Source of the DNA: a virus
Taxonomy: Duplodnaviria; Heunggongvirae; Uroviricota; Caudoviricetes
DNA length: 41,094 nt
Direction: 5' to 3' (one strand)
IMG/VR virus record: IMGVR_UViG_2872152978_000011
Positions within the stretch are counted from its first letter, which is position 1. Every line of letters begins with the position of its first letter. The notes below the pieces were generated by a model. It saw only the letters and a list, made by a program, of their open reading frames with translations, had not been told where the DNA came from and ran no database searches. The position numbers and the translations under genes are program-made. This document shows, piece by piece, positions 29,736 to 40,280 of the stretch.

Positions 29736-31160
29736 TAATGCCAGTCAGTTAAGCAACTGACTGGCTCTTTTTCGGGGCTGTGGGGTATTTCCAGGGCCTC
29801 TCCTTTACCACTATCGGGAAGGCCCTTCCCCTTCTCGTCGGTAATTTCACAAGTTGTCCCATACTTGCAAGATCGCGCATCAGCTCCGGTATACGTCCCG
29901 GTGAAGCGCCCTGCAATGTCATCAGCATTCTCATCACCATTCCGCATGATTCTGAGAAACTCAGTTGATTCGGCCAGTAACCTTTCAGATGTTCCGCCAT
30001 TTTAATCATCTGATATCTCACCAGATTATAAGCCAGTAAGACACCCCACAGCTCTTGCTCCACAAGCTCCGGCTTTTTACTTCTCAGCGTCAGCCTGCTC
30101 AGTTGCATCGTCTGTTTTATCTCCCTGTATCCCAGTTCAATTTCCCAGCGATGACTGTACAGATCCGCCATTTCTCCTCCGGGGAAGCGCATGGCGTCCG
30201 TCATCGACGTCAGCAGATGGCAGACTTTTCCTTTGCGCGTCACGGTCAGCAGGCGGGCTGTCACTTCATTTCCCAGTCCCGGCCACTTTTTTCGTGCCTG
30301 CGGGCTGGTTTTCAGCTTCACCAGATGATCGCCTTTACCCAGTTTTCTGAGCTCTTCATATTGCGCTCCCTTTCTGAGAGGTATCATCCAGTGGCGGTGT
30401 TCTCCCGCCAGGCTCCAGGCATTTAACAGTCCCAGTGAGTAATAACCTTTATCCATTAACGTCAGAGTGTTATCGCCGGTTTGTTCTATAAGTTGCTCAG
30501 CAAGCTCATTTTCGCTGTTCTTCATCGTGCCGAAGGCTGCAGCCGTCAGCAGATGGCTGGTCAGTTCCATCTGGCAGACCATTTTGACCTGCGGGTAGAG
30601 CGCCGGGTTCCCGGCATGTGTCTGGCGGGGGAAGGCTGCATCGTTCTCTGGTGTATCCGGTGTGCGCCAGAACACACCATCGATGGCCAGCAGGGTCAGG
30701 CCGCACCAGTGCGGATGCGGCGTGGCGTTATGCCAGAGCTGCGCTGTTTTCGTGAACACGCGGCGGACAGCCTCACTTCCCAGGCGCTGGCGGGCCTGAA
30801 TAACGGCACTGGGGCAACGAAGGGGCGATTGCCCGGCAGCATGATGTCCAGGCGATTCACAATCTGGTGAAGAGGTTCTTTACGCTCAAGCGCCATGCCA
30901 ACAATACACCAGACCATCATTTCGAGGGGAAGACGGCGCTTGCGTAGCGTTACAGTACCTGATTCGGCAAGGCAACGAGAGATGAGTTCGGGGTCGAGGT
31001 AATCCCCCAGAGAAGTCAGTGGGTTACGCAGAGAATCGTAACGGGATACCAGATCAAGAGCCTGTCCAATGTGCATAAAAAAATCCGGAAACAAGTGAGC
31101 GTTTCCGGATTCTTACACAGCCACTGGATCGGTCAACTGATCCTTAACTGATCGGCATTA
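29736..31160 (-). mobile_element. IS4 (1425 bp here) with inactivated transposase
   Basis: Terminal repeats TAATGCCAGTCAGTTAAGC (29736) and, reverse-complemented, TAATGCCGATCAGTTAAGG (ending 31160); no matching target duplication in the flanks. Confidence 0.9.
29749..31076 (-). pseudogene. IS4 transposase, frameshifted
   Basis: N-terminal part (MHIGQALDLVSRYDSLRNPLTSLGDYL... in ORF 30696-31094) and C-terminal part (ORF 29749-30759) are in different frames; the break is around 30760-30820 (my best guess 30808-30814). Confidence 0.85.
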
Positions 31161-31915
31161 CTGACTGGAACCCCTCTTTATATTTGCACTTTTCCGCTGA
31201 ACGATCGCGTCCGGCGGTGGAGCTGCTTGCCAGAGTGCCGCTGGAAAATGTCGAATATGTCGCCGATCTTGGCTGTGGCCCAGGTAACAGCACCGCCCTT
31301 CTACAACAACGTTGGCCTGCGGCCAGGATAACAGGCATCGACTCGTCTCCGGCGATGATTGCTGAAGCGCGCAGTGCTTTGCCAGACTGCCAGTTCGTGG
31401 AAGCAGACATCCGCAACTGGCAACCGGTACAGGCACTCGATCTGATTTTTGCTAATGCCTCACTGCAATGGCTGCCTGACCACTACGAATTGTTTCCTCA
31501 CTTGGTTTCTTTACTTAATCCGCAGGGCGTGCTGGCAGTACAGATGCCAGATAACTGGCTGGAGCCGACCCATGTGCTCATGCGCGAAGTTGCCTGGGAA
31601 CAAAACTACCCGGATCGCGGGCGTGAGCCGTTGGCTGGCGTTCATGCTTACTACGATATTTTGAGCGAAGCCGGATGTGAGGTCGATATCTGGCGAACCA
31701 CCTACTATCACCAGATGCCGTCGCACCAGGCGATTATCGATTGGGTGACCGCCACTGGATTACGTCCGTGGTTACAGGATCTGACCGAGAGCGAACAGCA
31801 GCTTTTTCTTAAGCGCTACCATCAGATGCTGGAAGAGCAGTATCCACTGCAAGAGAACGGACAGATACTGCTGGCATTTCCGCGTCTTTTTATTGTTGCC
31901 CGGCGTATGGAGTAA
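31161..31915 (+). pseudogene. tam: Trans-aconitate 2-methyltransferase gene lacking its start codon (IS4 junction)
   Basis: The frame reads (T)[47 protein letters not shown]... (SAM-methyltransferase motif) starting directly at the IS4 end; the annotated TTG at 31184 is an internal Leu codon. Confidence 0.8.
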
Positions 31916-31918
31916 ATA

Positions 31919-32833
31919 TCACGTCAGCTGGTAATGACGATCGGGAAGAATTTTTGCTGGAATTTCGGCTTCATCGTTCATCTGTAAGAGGTCAATTTCA
32001 ATAGCGTTGCAGATGGCATCCAGCGGTAAATCATTGTTTTCAGTACCGAACGGATCTTCCAGTTCTTCCGCCAGACAATCCAGCGAAATAAAAGTGTAGG
32101 AAATCAGCACAGAGATAAAAGGCGTCATGTAATGCAGGTCCACGACCAGCGCGAACGGCAGCATGATACAAAACAGATAAACAGTACGATGCAAAATCAG
32201 GGTGTAGGCAAAGGGAATTGGCGTATAGGCAATGCGCTCGCATCCTGCCAGGACCGCTGAAATATCATTAAGCCGATCGTTGAGGCTAATAAACAGGATT
32301 TCTGAAAGCTGCCCATTGCGGCGCTGAACCGCCAACCACTCCCCCATTATTAACAAGATACGGTTAGCTGGAGAGTTCGAAGCCAGTACAGGCTGAAGAT
32401 CTTCAGTCTTGAGATAATGAGCCAGCACTTCCGCCTGTGGCTGTTTGCGTAATGTCATGCGTAAACAGTGGGCGAAGGCGATTTGCAGCCTGGCAAACTC
32501 CCTTACACTTGCCGAATCCGGCAATGTCGTTTTTACCTCACGTAGTAACGACCGTGAGGCAATCATCAACTGTCCCCAAAGTTTTCGCGCTTCAACGTAA
32601 CGGGCGTACCCGGCATTATTACGAAAACCAAGAAAAATGGCGATGGCGACACCGAGAATGCTGAACGGTGCGAGGGTGAATTTGATGCCCAGATGCGTGT
32701 ACCAGGGCAGCATGAAAATAACAGCGATAGAAAAGAGAAAATTGAGTAGTAAGCGCGAGGATATCTTGGATAATACTGAGCCGTGCCAGACAAAAATACG
32801 GCGCAGCCAGTGTTGTTGTGGACGAACAATCAT
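31919..32833 (-). CDS. yneE: Bestrophin-like UPF0187 inner-membrane protein
   Basis: 304 aa from the internal Met (MIVRPQQHWLRRIFVWHGSVLSKI...); convergent with tam, as in the tam-yneE-uxaB arrangement I recall for E. coli K-12. Confidence 0.75.
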   Translation of the reverse strand: MIVRPQQHWLRRIFVWHGSVLSKISSRLLLNFLFSIAVIFMLPWYTHLGIKFTLAPFSILGVAIAIFLGFRNNAGYARYVEARKLWGQLMIASRSLLREVKTTLPDSASVREFARLQIAFAHCLRMTLRKQPQAEVLAHYLKTEDLQPVLASNSPANRILLIMGEWLAVQRRNGQLSEILFISLNDRLNDISAVLAGCERIAYTPIPFAYTLILHRTVYLFCIMLPFALVVDLHYMTPFISVLISYTFISLDCLAEELEDPFGTENNDLPLDAICNAIEIDLLQMNDEAEIPAKILPDRHYQLT

Positions 32834-33029
32834 GGTTATCTTCAGGCGTGGAAAAGTCGCCCTATTAAACGTGATTACGATCACATTCTCAAGACGCTAC
32901 TTACAAATTACCTACAAGCTTACAACATTAACAGGCGCTGCATGTGGCACCTGTTAATGATAAAGGTATATAGGATGTTGTAACTAATATAGTGAAATAA
33001 GAAACCCGGTCGAAACCGGGTTCAGAGTA

Positions 33030-33938
33030 TTAGCACAACGGGCGTACAGCTTCGCGCATCCCTTTTTCAAGAATCGCATCCAGGTCATTAGCAACCTGCT
33101 CGACCAGACCAGGCACTTGCGTCAGGTCCTGCTCCCAGTGGTCTTTTTCTGCCAAAACAATCGCTACCAGTTCCGGGGTGCCGATAACACGGTCACGATG
33201 CTGGCTCCAGAGTTGCTGATAACGTTCCAGCCAGTGTGCATCGTCCTGTACCGGATATGTTTCTCCGTTACGCTCACCGCGATAGAAGGCAATCAATGCC
33301 GTTAATGCGAAAGTAAGGCGCGCCGGAAGTGTGCCGTTTGCCTTCTGCCCTGCCAGCAGCTGCGGCAGGATGCGGGTGCGGAACTTGGTCATACCGTTGA
33401 GCGCGATAGACAGCAGCTGATGCTTAATGTACGGGTTACGGAAACGCCCGGTGACTGCACTGGCGAAAGATTCCAGTTCATCACGAGGCAAATCCAGTAC
33501 CTGAATAATTTCTTCGTAGATGGCTTTTTCAACGAATGCGCAAATTTCAGCATCGTTCATCGCTTCACCTACGGTATCCAGCCCTGCCTGGAACGCCACC
33601 GGCACCAGCGCGGTGTGCGCACCGTTGAGGATTGCCACTTTGCGTTCTTTATACGGTTTAATATCGTCAACAATCAGCACATTGAGCGGATATTTGTCCA
33701 GGCGCAGCTCAGTCGCTAAGGATTTCGGCCCCTGAATCACAAACAGGTAAAAGTGTTCAGCGGTGTCGAGAAAACCATCGTGATAACCCAGTTCTTCTTC
33801 CAGTTTAGCCACTTCACCACCCCGGTAGCTGTCGGTTTTGCGCGTCAGCTTAGGCAGAGTGACGGACGTCACATTACCCACTTCGTTTTCACCATCCACA
33901 AACAGCGTAAAAAAGCGAAGATGTTTTGGCACAGCCAT
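33030..33938 (-). pseudogene. uxaB: Chimeric ORF: P2-like tail tube (FII) N-terminal ~41 codons fused in frame to the 3' ~260 codons of uxaB (altronate oxidoreductase)
   Basis: N-terminus [41 protein letters not shown] resembles P2 FII (MALPRKLKYLNLF...[12 protein letters not shown]); from ...[29 protein letters not shown]... to the stop it is UxaB C-terminal sequence. Junction near 33811-33819. Confidence 0.8.
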
Positions 33939-35122
33939 CAGGCACCTCCCAGCACCGCAAATGCGGGTTCAAAGTATTCATCAGTAAACGTCTGGTAAAG
34001 CTCCATGTCTTCCAGTGGCGGAACGGGCGTATATTTGTAGCGAATACGCACACGTCCCTGACGTAAATCCGTGGTGCTGTTATCCACCACGTCATACCAG
34101 CACTCCGCGCCAATCAGTTTCCCGGCAGTCACCAGTGAATCCAGTTTTGCCCTGATGGCACTGATAACATCCTTCACATTCGCAGGCGTCAGTGGACTGT
34201 CGATGGTTTCAAACTGCGCTTCCGCAATTGAATCAGCCAGCACCTGTGCGGTTCGGGTATACACCTCAAAGATGTAGGCGTTCGTTTCCGGTGTGCGGTT
34301 ACCCCAGAAGCGGACCCCGTTGCGACGAATAATGGTCGTGATTTCTTTGTTGTTGAGGCTGTTGGCATCGCTGTCTTCGGCCTGCAACGACCAGAACACA
34401 TGCCTCGACATCCCCAGCACATTTTTAACCGGAACGTTGGACAGCGATTTGTTCCATCCCTGTTCATGGTCAATGTACGCACGAAGGCCGCACGCATAGG
34501 CAGGCGCGGGGAACGTTTCGTTTTTGCCATTTTTCGGGTTGTAGGCGATGAAGTCCGGCCATAAGAGCATCACCTCACGTTCGTTGAATTTCTGGCGGTA
34601 GGTAATTGCCTCGGCCATCGTGTTACAGCCATGACATGAGGCATACACAAACGCGCGCAGTTTATCTGCAATCACGCACAGGGATTTTGTTACCGCCTCC
34701 GTGTCCAGCTCCGGCGCGGCCAGAATACGCGGACGGTATCCGATGCTTTCATCCTGCTCTGCAACAAGCAGCGCATACATCCCCATATAGCTGCCGTCAT
34801 CCTCAGAACCACCGATAACCAGTTGATCCTGCGTTTTTCCGTCTTCTTCTTTGTGTTCAGCCACGCGAACGACGATCACCTTTGTGCTCACCTGGTCTGC
34901 GATGGCCTTAAGCGCACGATAAAGCGTCCCCGTTGTCCCGCATTTTCCCAGCACGTCATTGACGCGGGTCAGCAGTGTGGGCTTGTTCAGCGGGAACAGC
35001 TTCGCGTCCGCATCATCCGCCGTTGCCACGATACCGATAACGCTGGAATCAACATCGTTAATCGCTGTTACCAGGTCGGTATTCTCCGTAACACGGGCAC
35101 CATGAAAACGAGTTTCACTCAT
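33938..35122 (-). CDS. P2-like contractile tail sheath protein (FI)
   Basis: 394 aa; alignable by eye with P2 FI (…[30 protein letters not shown]..., ...[11 protein letters not shown]..., ...[10 protein letters not shown]...). Confidence 0.85.
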   Translation of the reverse strand: MSETRFHGARVTENTDLVTAINDVDSSVIGIVATADDADAKLFPLNKPTLLTRVNDVLGKCGTTGTLYRALKAIADQVSTKVIVVRVAEHKEEDGKTQDQLVIGGSEDDGSYMGMYALLVAEQDESIGYRPRILAAPELDTEAVTKSLCVIADKLRAFVYASCHGCNTMAEAITYRQKFNEREVMLLWPDFIAYNPKNGKNETFPAPAYACGLRAYIDHEQGWNKSLSNVPVKNVLGMSRHVFWSLQAEDSDANSLNNKEITTIIRRNGVRFWGNRTPETNAYIFEVYTRTAQVLADSIAEAQFETIDSPLTPANVKDVISAIRAKLDSLVTAGKLIGAECWYDVVDNSTTDLRQGRVRIRYKYTPVPPLEDMELYQTFTDEYFEPAFAVLGGA

Positions 35123-35279
35123 AGCTTCAGCCCCTTGTATCCGTTAAATGATTCAGCAACAATCATCACCCACCACGCGCGTAATCTCACCCCTGCGCCG
35201 TTCTCCCGCCACGGCGACAACAAAAAGCAGTACCCCCCTCCGCACGCACATGCGACCATGCCGCACAGGGAGGGAGCAG

Positions 35280-36389
35280 ATGACCGACACCACCATGCAA
35301 TTGCTCAGTCAGGGCACGGCCCCCGTGAAAATGCCGGATTTTGATATTCTCTCGGAGGGTAAAACGCTGTCAGGCGTGGCGGAGCGCCTGATGAGCCTGT
35401 AACTGACCGACAACCGGGGATTTGAGGCGGACCAGCTCACCATCACGCTGGATGATGCGGATGGTCAGTTGCAGCTACCGCCACGGGGCGCGCGTCTGAC
35501 GGTTCTCATTGGCTGGAAAGGGGAACCGCTGACAGAAAAAGGCACTTACATTGTTGATGAAATCGCTCACGAAGGACCGCCGGACAGGCTGACTGTTTCA
35601 GCCAGAAGCGCAGATTTTCGGGATGAATTTAACGTTAAACGTGAGGTGTCCTGGCATGATGTGACCGTTGAGCGTGTGGTATCCGCCATCGCTCATCGGT
35701 ACGGTCTGAAACCGCAAATCAGCGAAATGCTGATGGATATCGAAATCGACCACGCCGACCAGACCGAAGAAAGCGACATGTCCTTTCTTACGCGCATGGC
35801 GGAAATGCTGGGAGCAATCGCCACGGTAAAAAGCGGCAATCTGTTATTCATCATGCCAGGTGGTGGCGTGAACGCACAGGGGCAGCCGTTGCCCTCGTTC
35901 GCCATTACACGCAGCAGCGGCGATCGCCATCAGTTCCGCATTGCTGACCGCGAGGCGTATACGGGGGTACGCGCCTACTGGCTTGATCTTAATTACGGGA
36001 AAAAGAAAAAAGTCAGCGTGAAACGCCGCAAACCGCCAAAACCCAAAAAGGAGAAAAGCAGCAGTCGGGAAGGCGACTATATGGAAGGTGCGGAAGGCAA
36101 CGTGTTTGTGTTACGCAAGACTTATCAGAACGAGCAGGCAGCAAGACGCGCAGCGGCGGCAAAGTGGCAGCAGCTACAACGCGGAGCCGCATCATTCTCC
36201 ATCACGCTGGCGCGTGGTCGTGCAGAACTCTATCCCGAAATGCATGGCACAGTGACAGGCTTTAAAAGCGAGATTGATTATCAGGACTGGATTATTGCAA
36301 AAGCCGAGCACACCATTGATAACAGCGGCTTTACCACGCAGCTTGAACTTGAAGCAAAAATCCCGGAATGGATAGCAGAAACAGAATAA
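35280..36389 (+). pseudogene. P2-like tail protein D (late control gene D family) with an in-frame ochre codon
   Basis: ...LTDNRGFEADQLTITLDDADGQLQLPPRGARLTVLIGWKGEPL... and a C-terminus matching P2 D; the same frame upstream (ORF 35148-35402) ends in TAA at 35400-35402, immediately before LTDNRGF. The proposed start (ATG about 35280) is uncertain. Confidence 0.75.
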
Positions 36390-36637
36390 ATCTCTTAAAA
36401 ATATTATTTTTGAGATGTGCTTCTACACTGACAGTAAGAACAAAAGATAATGTATCAGCCCACTAGATGTCAGAGGTTGGGGCATCAACCAGATGCTAAC
36501 AATAATACGGATGTTTTTCCCACATGACAGAGGAAGTCAAGTATAATCTTCACAGTCCATCCCGTCCAAGGGAATATGACTCAATAGTAAAAGTTCCAGT
36601 TTAGTTAGTAGACCCACACTTTATAGAAGAGTAATTC

Positions 36638-36928
36638 ATGATTGGACAATTTTTAAGTGCAACAGAGATTTTAGCAAAGAACTATGTTCGTAATAAAATG
36701 GTTAAAAATCCATTTTATTCGAATTTAAAATGGAATTTTATTGAAAAAAACATCATAAGATTAACATCCTCACCGGTTAAATCAGTACTTTGCATATCAG
36801 CTTTTTCATTTGTACTACTTTATGTTGGATATTTAAACGAATTATTTATAAAAAATAATCTTTTACATTATTTCCCGTTTAGGCATTCATTAACCGAATG
36901 GCAAACAACCATTTTAAGTGGCCGGTAA
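36638..36928 (+). CDS. Hypothetical protein, AT-rich, with a hydrophobic segment; 3' end runs into IS1
   Basis: 96-aa ORF whose stop codon lies inside the IS1 terminal repeat; contains VLCISAFSFVLLYVGYL; no family recognised. Confidence 0.3.
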   Translation: MIGQFLSATEILAKNYVRNKMVKNPFYSNLKWNFIEKNIIRLTSSPVKSVLCISAFSFVLLYVGYLNELFIKNNLLHYFPFRHSLTEWQTTILSGR

Positions 36929-36938
36929 TGACTCCAAC

Positions 36939-37442
36939 TTACTGATAGTGTTTTATGTTCAGATAATGCCCGATGACCTTGTCATGCAGCTCCACCGATT
37001 TTGAGAACGACAGTGACTTCCGTCCCAGCCTTGCCAGATGTTGTCTCAGATTCAGATTATGTCGCTCAATGCGCTGAGTGTAACGCTTGCTGATAACGTG
37101 CAGCTTTCCCTTCAGGCGTGATTCATACAGCGGCCAGCCATCCGTCATCCATACCACGACCTCAAAGGCCGACAGCAGGCTCAGAAGACGCTCCAGTGTG
37201 GCCAGAGTGCGTTCACCGAAGACGTGCGCCACAACCGTCCTCCGTATCCTGTCATACGCGTAAAACAGCCAGCGCTGACGTGATTTAGCACCGACGTAGC
37301 CCCACTGTTCGTCCATTTCAGCGCAGACAATCACATCACTGCCCGGTTGTATGCGCGAGGTTACTGACTGCGGCCTGAGTTTTTTAAGTGACGTAAAACC
37401 GTGTTGAGGCCAACGCCCATAATGCGTGCACTGGCGCGACAT
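36939..37442 (-). CDS. insB: IS1 InsB reading frame
   Basis: 167 aa, identical to 1720-2223. Confidence 0.9.
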   Translation of the reverse strand: MSRQCTHYGRWPQHGFTSLKKLRPQSVTSRIQPGSDVIVCAEMDEQWGYVGAKSRQRWLFYAYDRIRRTVVAHVFGERTLATLERLLSLLSAFEVVVWMTDGWPLYESRLKGKLHVISKRYTQRIERHNLNLRQHLARLGRKSLSFSKSVELHDKVIGHYLNIKHYQ

Positions 37443-37636
37443 CCGACGCCATTCATGGCCATATCAATGATTTTCTGGTGCGTACCGGGCTGAGAGGCGG
37501 TGTAAGTGAACTGTAGTTGCCATGTTTTACGGCAATGAGAGCAGAGATAGCGCTGATGTCCGGCAGTGCTTTTGCCGTTACGCACCACGCCTTCAGTAGC
37601 GGAGCAGGAAGGACATCTGATGGAAATGGAAGCCAC
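37361..37636 (-). CDS. insA: IS1 InsA
   Basis: 91 aa, near-identical to 2142-2417. Confidence 0.95.
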   Translation of the reverse strand: MASISIRCPSCSATEGVVRNGKSTAGHQRYLCSHCRKTWQLQFTYTASQPGTHQKIIDMAMNGVGCRASARIMGVGLNTVLRHLKNSGRSQ

Positions 37637-37700
37637 GCAAGCACCTTAAAATCACCATCATACACTAAATCAGTAAGTTGGCAGCATTACCATAAATGCG

Positions 37701-37928
37701 TTGACTGACATGCGTATATGCACATGTCTTTATCTGACATCAAGAATCAATACTTCTGACAAACTAATGACACATTACATTAAACTTATTTTAGAGGGTA
37801 AACTTATTGACCAAACCGGTGGATATGAAACTCCCACTGAAGAAATTGATAATGCAAGCCAACTAATCAAGATATTAATTAGAATCTGCCTGTGGACATG
37901 GTCTGAAAATATGGAGCACAATGGGTAG
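37701..37928 (+). CDS. Hypothetical ORF fragment (75 aa), AT-rich; begins at the IS1 junction and is in frame with the next ORF across a single TAG
   Basis: Reading frame opens immediately after the IS1 end; stop TAG at 37926-37928 is directly followed by the ATG at 37929 in the same frame. Confidence 0.3.
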   Translation: MTDMRICTCLYLTSRINTSDKLMTHYIKLILEGKLIDQTGGYETPTEEIDNASQLIKILIRICLWTWSENMEHNG

Positions 37929-39032
37929 ATGAATAGTTTAGCAAGGCGTTTACGTGACTATGATAAAACAGACATGGTGATGGGCAAAGTTTACAGTAAT
38001 GTTTTTGACTGTGGATTTATTGATATGGAACAATCATGGATTCAGCTATTATTAATTTTTTCTAACAAGAACGATAGCGTATCAAAAGAAATAAAAGAAG
38101 CAATAGAAAACAACTATATAACATATCGTGAGAAGCAACGACTCATTGGAGTATTATCAAAAATTTGTAACTCCATCGAATACACTAAAATCAAGCTGAC
38201 TTTAACATTGGACGATCTCCAAACAAAAAAAGAAAACTTAAGAAAGTTGCTTCAAGAGCATATTAACATGCTAAAGAAAGATCTTGATATGAGACTTCAG
38301 GATGCTGCCATAGATGTACATCGACTAGATAGCACTGCACGTAAAACATCAGAACATCTTCGTAAACGCATCAAGAAAACGCTCCCTCTTTCACTTTTCA
38401 AATCTATTGATTTTAAGCAGGCTAGCGATTGTTTCACAAAACATAAGATATCTATTAAGATAGATAAAGAACCGTATGCCGAAGGAATAGAATCCATCCC
38501 TTATATCAATGAAGGTGATATTCAAGCAGACTTAATTCTCAAGGACATCCAGAGAATAATACTTTCAAATTTATTTAGCACTGGCTGTTCGCAACATACC
38601 GTAATAGAAGATTTCAATATGTTGATTGATCACATAAAATCATCTGCTGACTTGGCTGGCAAACTGGTTCTTGTGATGAGTAAAGAGATCTTTCAGCAAT
38701 ATAATCGTATGCTTTTCGATAATCCCAACCTCAGAGAACTAATGAGAAAAAATGATGATGGCTCTATGAACATAACTACTGAATCCGGTACCCGTAAGGT
38801 TTACTTCTTACCATTTGTTAATCAACCATTTTCTCTTGTGGTAAAGGATAACTACTTCACTAAATTAATTATTAGAGAATATGATAATAATAAGTTAGTA
38901 AATGTCACTTCAGAGAATATCAAAAGTGACTCAGATAAATTCAAGCTAACTCTTAACTATGAGTTGAATATAGTATTTGAAGGAAACGCTGATTTAAAAA
39001 TAGCTCACTCGCAAAGAGTGACATCAGAATAA
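37929..39032 (+). CDS. Hypothetical protein (367 aa), AT-rich, K/E/N/I-rich with a predicted coiled-coil region; function unknown
   Basis: Long uninterrupted ORF in a visibly AT-rich segment between P2-like D and ogr; no recognisable catalytic motif or family. Confidence 0.5.
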   Translation: MNSLARRLRDYDKTDMVMGKVYSNVFDCGFIDMEQSWIQLLLIFSNKNDSVSKEIKEAIENNYITYREKQRLIGVLSKICNSIEYTKIKLTLTLDDLQTKKENLRKLLQEHINMLKKDLDMRLQDAAIDVHRLDSTARKTSEHLRKRIKKTLPLSLFKSIDFKQASDCFTKHKISIKIDKEPYAEGIESIPYINEGDIQADLILKDIQRIILSNLFSTGCSQHTVIEDFNMLIDHIKSSADLAGKLVLVMSKEIFQQYNRMLFDNPNLRELMRKNDDGSMNITTESGTRKVYFLPFVNQPFSLVVKDNYFTKLIIREYDNNKLVNVTSENIKSDSDKFKLTLNYELNIVFEGNADLKIAHSQRVTSE

Positions 39033-39167
39033 TATCTTTGACGGCGCTCCTTAGAGTGCCGTTCGTTTATTAACTAATGCTAAAAATCATTATATAGAGA
39101 AAGTCATGTTTAAATCTTAGAGAATACAACCTAGAATAGTGCAAGCACTACAATAAGAGAGGTCGCT

Positions 39168-39363
39168 ATGTTCCGTTGTCCGCTTTGTGGCGCATCTGCC
39201 CGTATCCGCACCAGTCGTCCGGAAAATGATTCAAACACCGTGAGACAAAAGTATTATCAGTGTAACAATCTAGAATGCGGCGTATGTTTCTCAACACTGG
39301 AAGCCTTCCACAAATTCACTTCAAAGCACGCCTCCCCCATTCACTCATCAGAGGGCATCCCGT
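39168..39363 (+). pseudogene. ogr: Ogr/Delta-family zinc-finger late-gene activator, interrupted near codon 65 by IS2
   Basis: MFRCPLCGASARIRTSRPENDSNTVRQKYYQCNNLECGVCFSTLEAF... resembles P2 Ogr (MFHCPLCQHAAHARTSRY...YHQCQNVNC...); the frame continues after the IS2 at 40699-40763. Confidence 0.7.
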
Positions 39364-39374
39364 TGGATTTGCCC

Positions 39375-40280
39375 CTATATTTCCAGACATCTGTTATCAC
39401 TTAACCCATTACAAGCCCGCTGCCGCAGATATTCCCGTGGCGAGCGATAACCCAGCGCACTATGCGGATGCCATTCGTTATAATGCTCGAACGCCTCTGC
39501 AAGGTTCTTTGCTGCCGTTAACCCGTCTGGTTTGGGCATGATACTGATGTAGTCACGCTTTATCGTTTTCACGAAGCTCTCTGCTATTCCGTTACTCTCC
39601 GGACTCCGCACCGCCGTGTTCTTCGGTTCAAGTCCCAACATCCGGGCGAACTGGCGTGTTTCATTAGCCCGGTAGCATGAACCATTATCCGTCAGCCACT
39701 CCACTGGAGACGACGGAAGATCGTTGCCGAAGCGGCGTTCCACCGCTCCCAGCATGACGTCCTGTACTGTTTCACTGTTGAAGCCGCCGGTAGTCACCGC
39801 CCAGTGCAGTGCCTCACGATCACAGCAGTCCAGCGCGAACGTGACACGCAGTCTCTCTCCGTTATCACAGCAGAACTCGAACCCGTCAGAGCACCATCGC
39901 TGATTGCTTTCTTTCACGGCCACTCTGCCTGTATGTGCCCGTTTCGATGGCGGTACAGCAGGTTTTCGCTCAAGCAACAGCGCATTCTGGCGCATGATCC
40001 GGTAAACACGTTTGGCATTGATCGCAGGCATACCATCAAGTTCTGCCTGTCTGCGAAGCAGCGCCCATACCCGACGATAACCATACGTGGGCAGCTCTCC
40101 GATAACATGGTGTATACGGAGAAGCACATCCGTATCATCAGTGTGACGACTGCGGCGGCCATCCATCCAGTCATCGGTTCGTCTGAGAATGACGTGCAAC
40201 TGCGCACGCGACACCCGGAGACAACGGCTGACTAAGCTTACTCCCCATCCCCGGGCAATAAGGGCGCGTGCGCTATCCAC
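39375..40280 (-). CDS. insD: IS2 transposase OrfB (InsD)
   Basis: 301 aa, IS3-family DDE transposase matching IS2 InsD. Confidence 0.9.

Larger units (their letters stand above)
36924..37691 (-). mobile_element. IS1, copy 2 (768 bp), same orientation as copy 1
   Basis: Same terminal repeats as copy 1; insA differs by one residue; no target duplication. Confidence 0.95.

Noticed and set aside
35148-35402. 84-aa ORF upstream of P2-like D
   Set aside because: Not a separate gene: same frame as D and contains the D N-terminus, ending at the ochre codon.
36500-36547. Perfect TATAAT (36542-36547) upstream of the 96-aa cargo ORF as a promoter
   Set aside because: No acceptable -35 element at 16-19 bp spacing; a lone -10 hexamer in AT-rich DNA is weak evidence.
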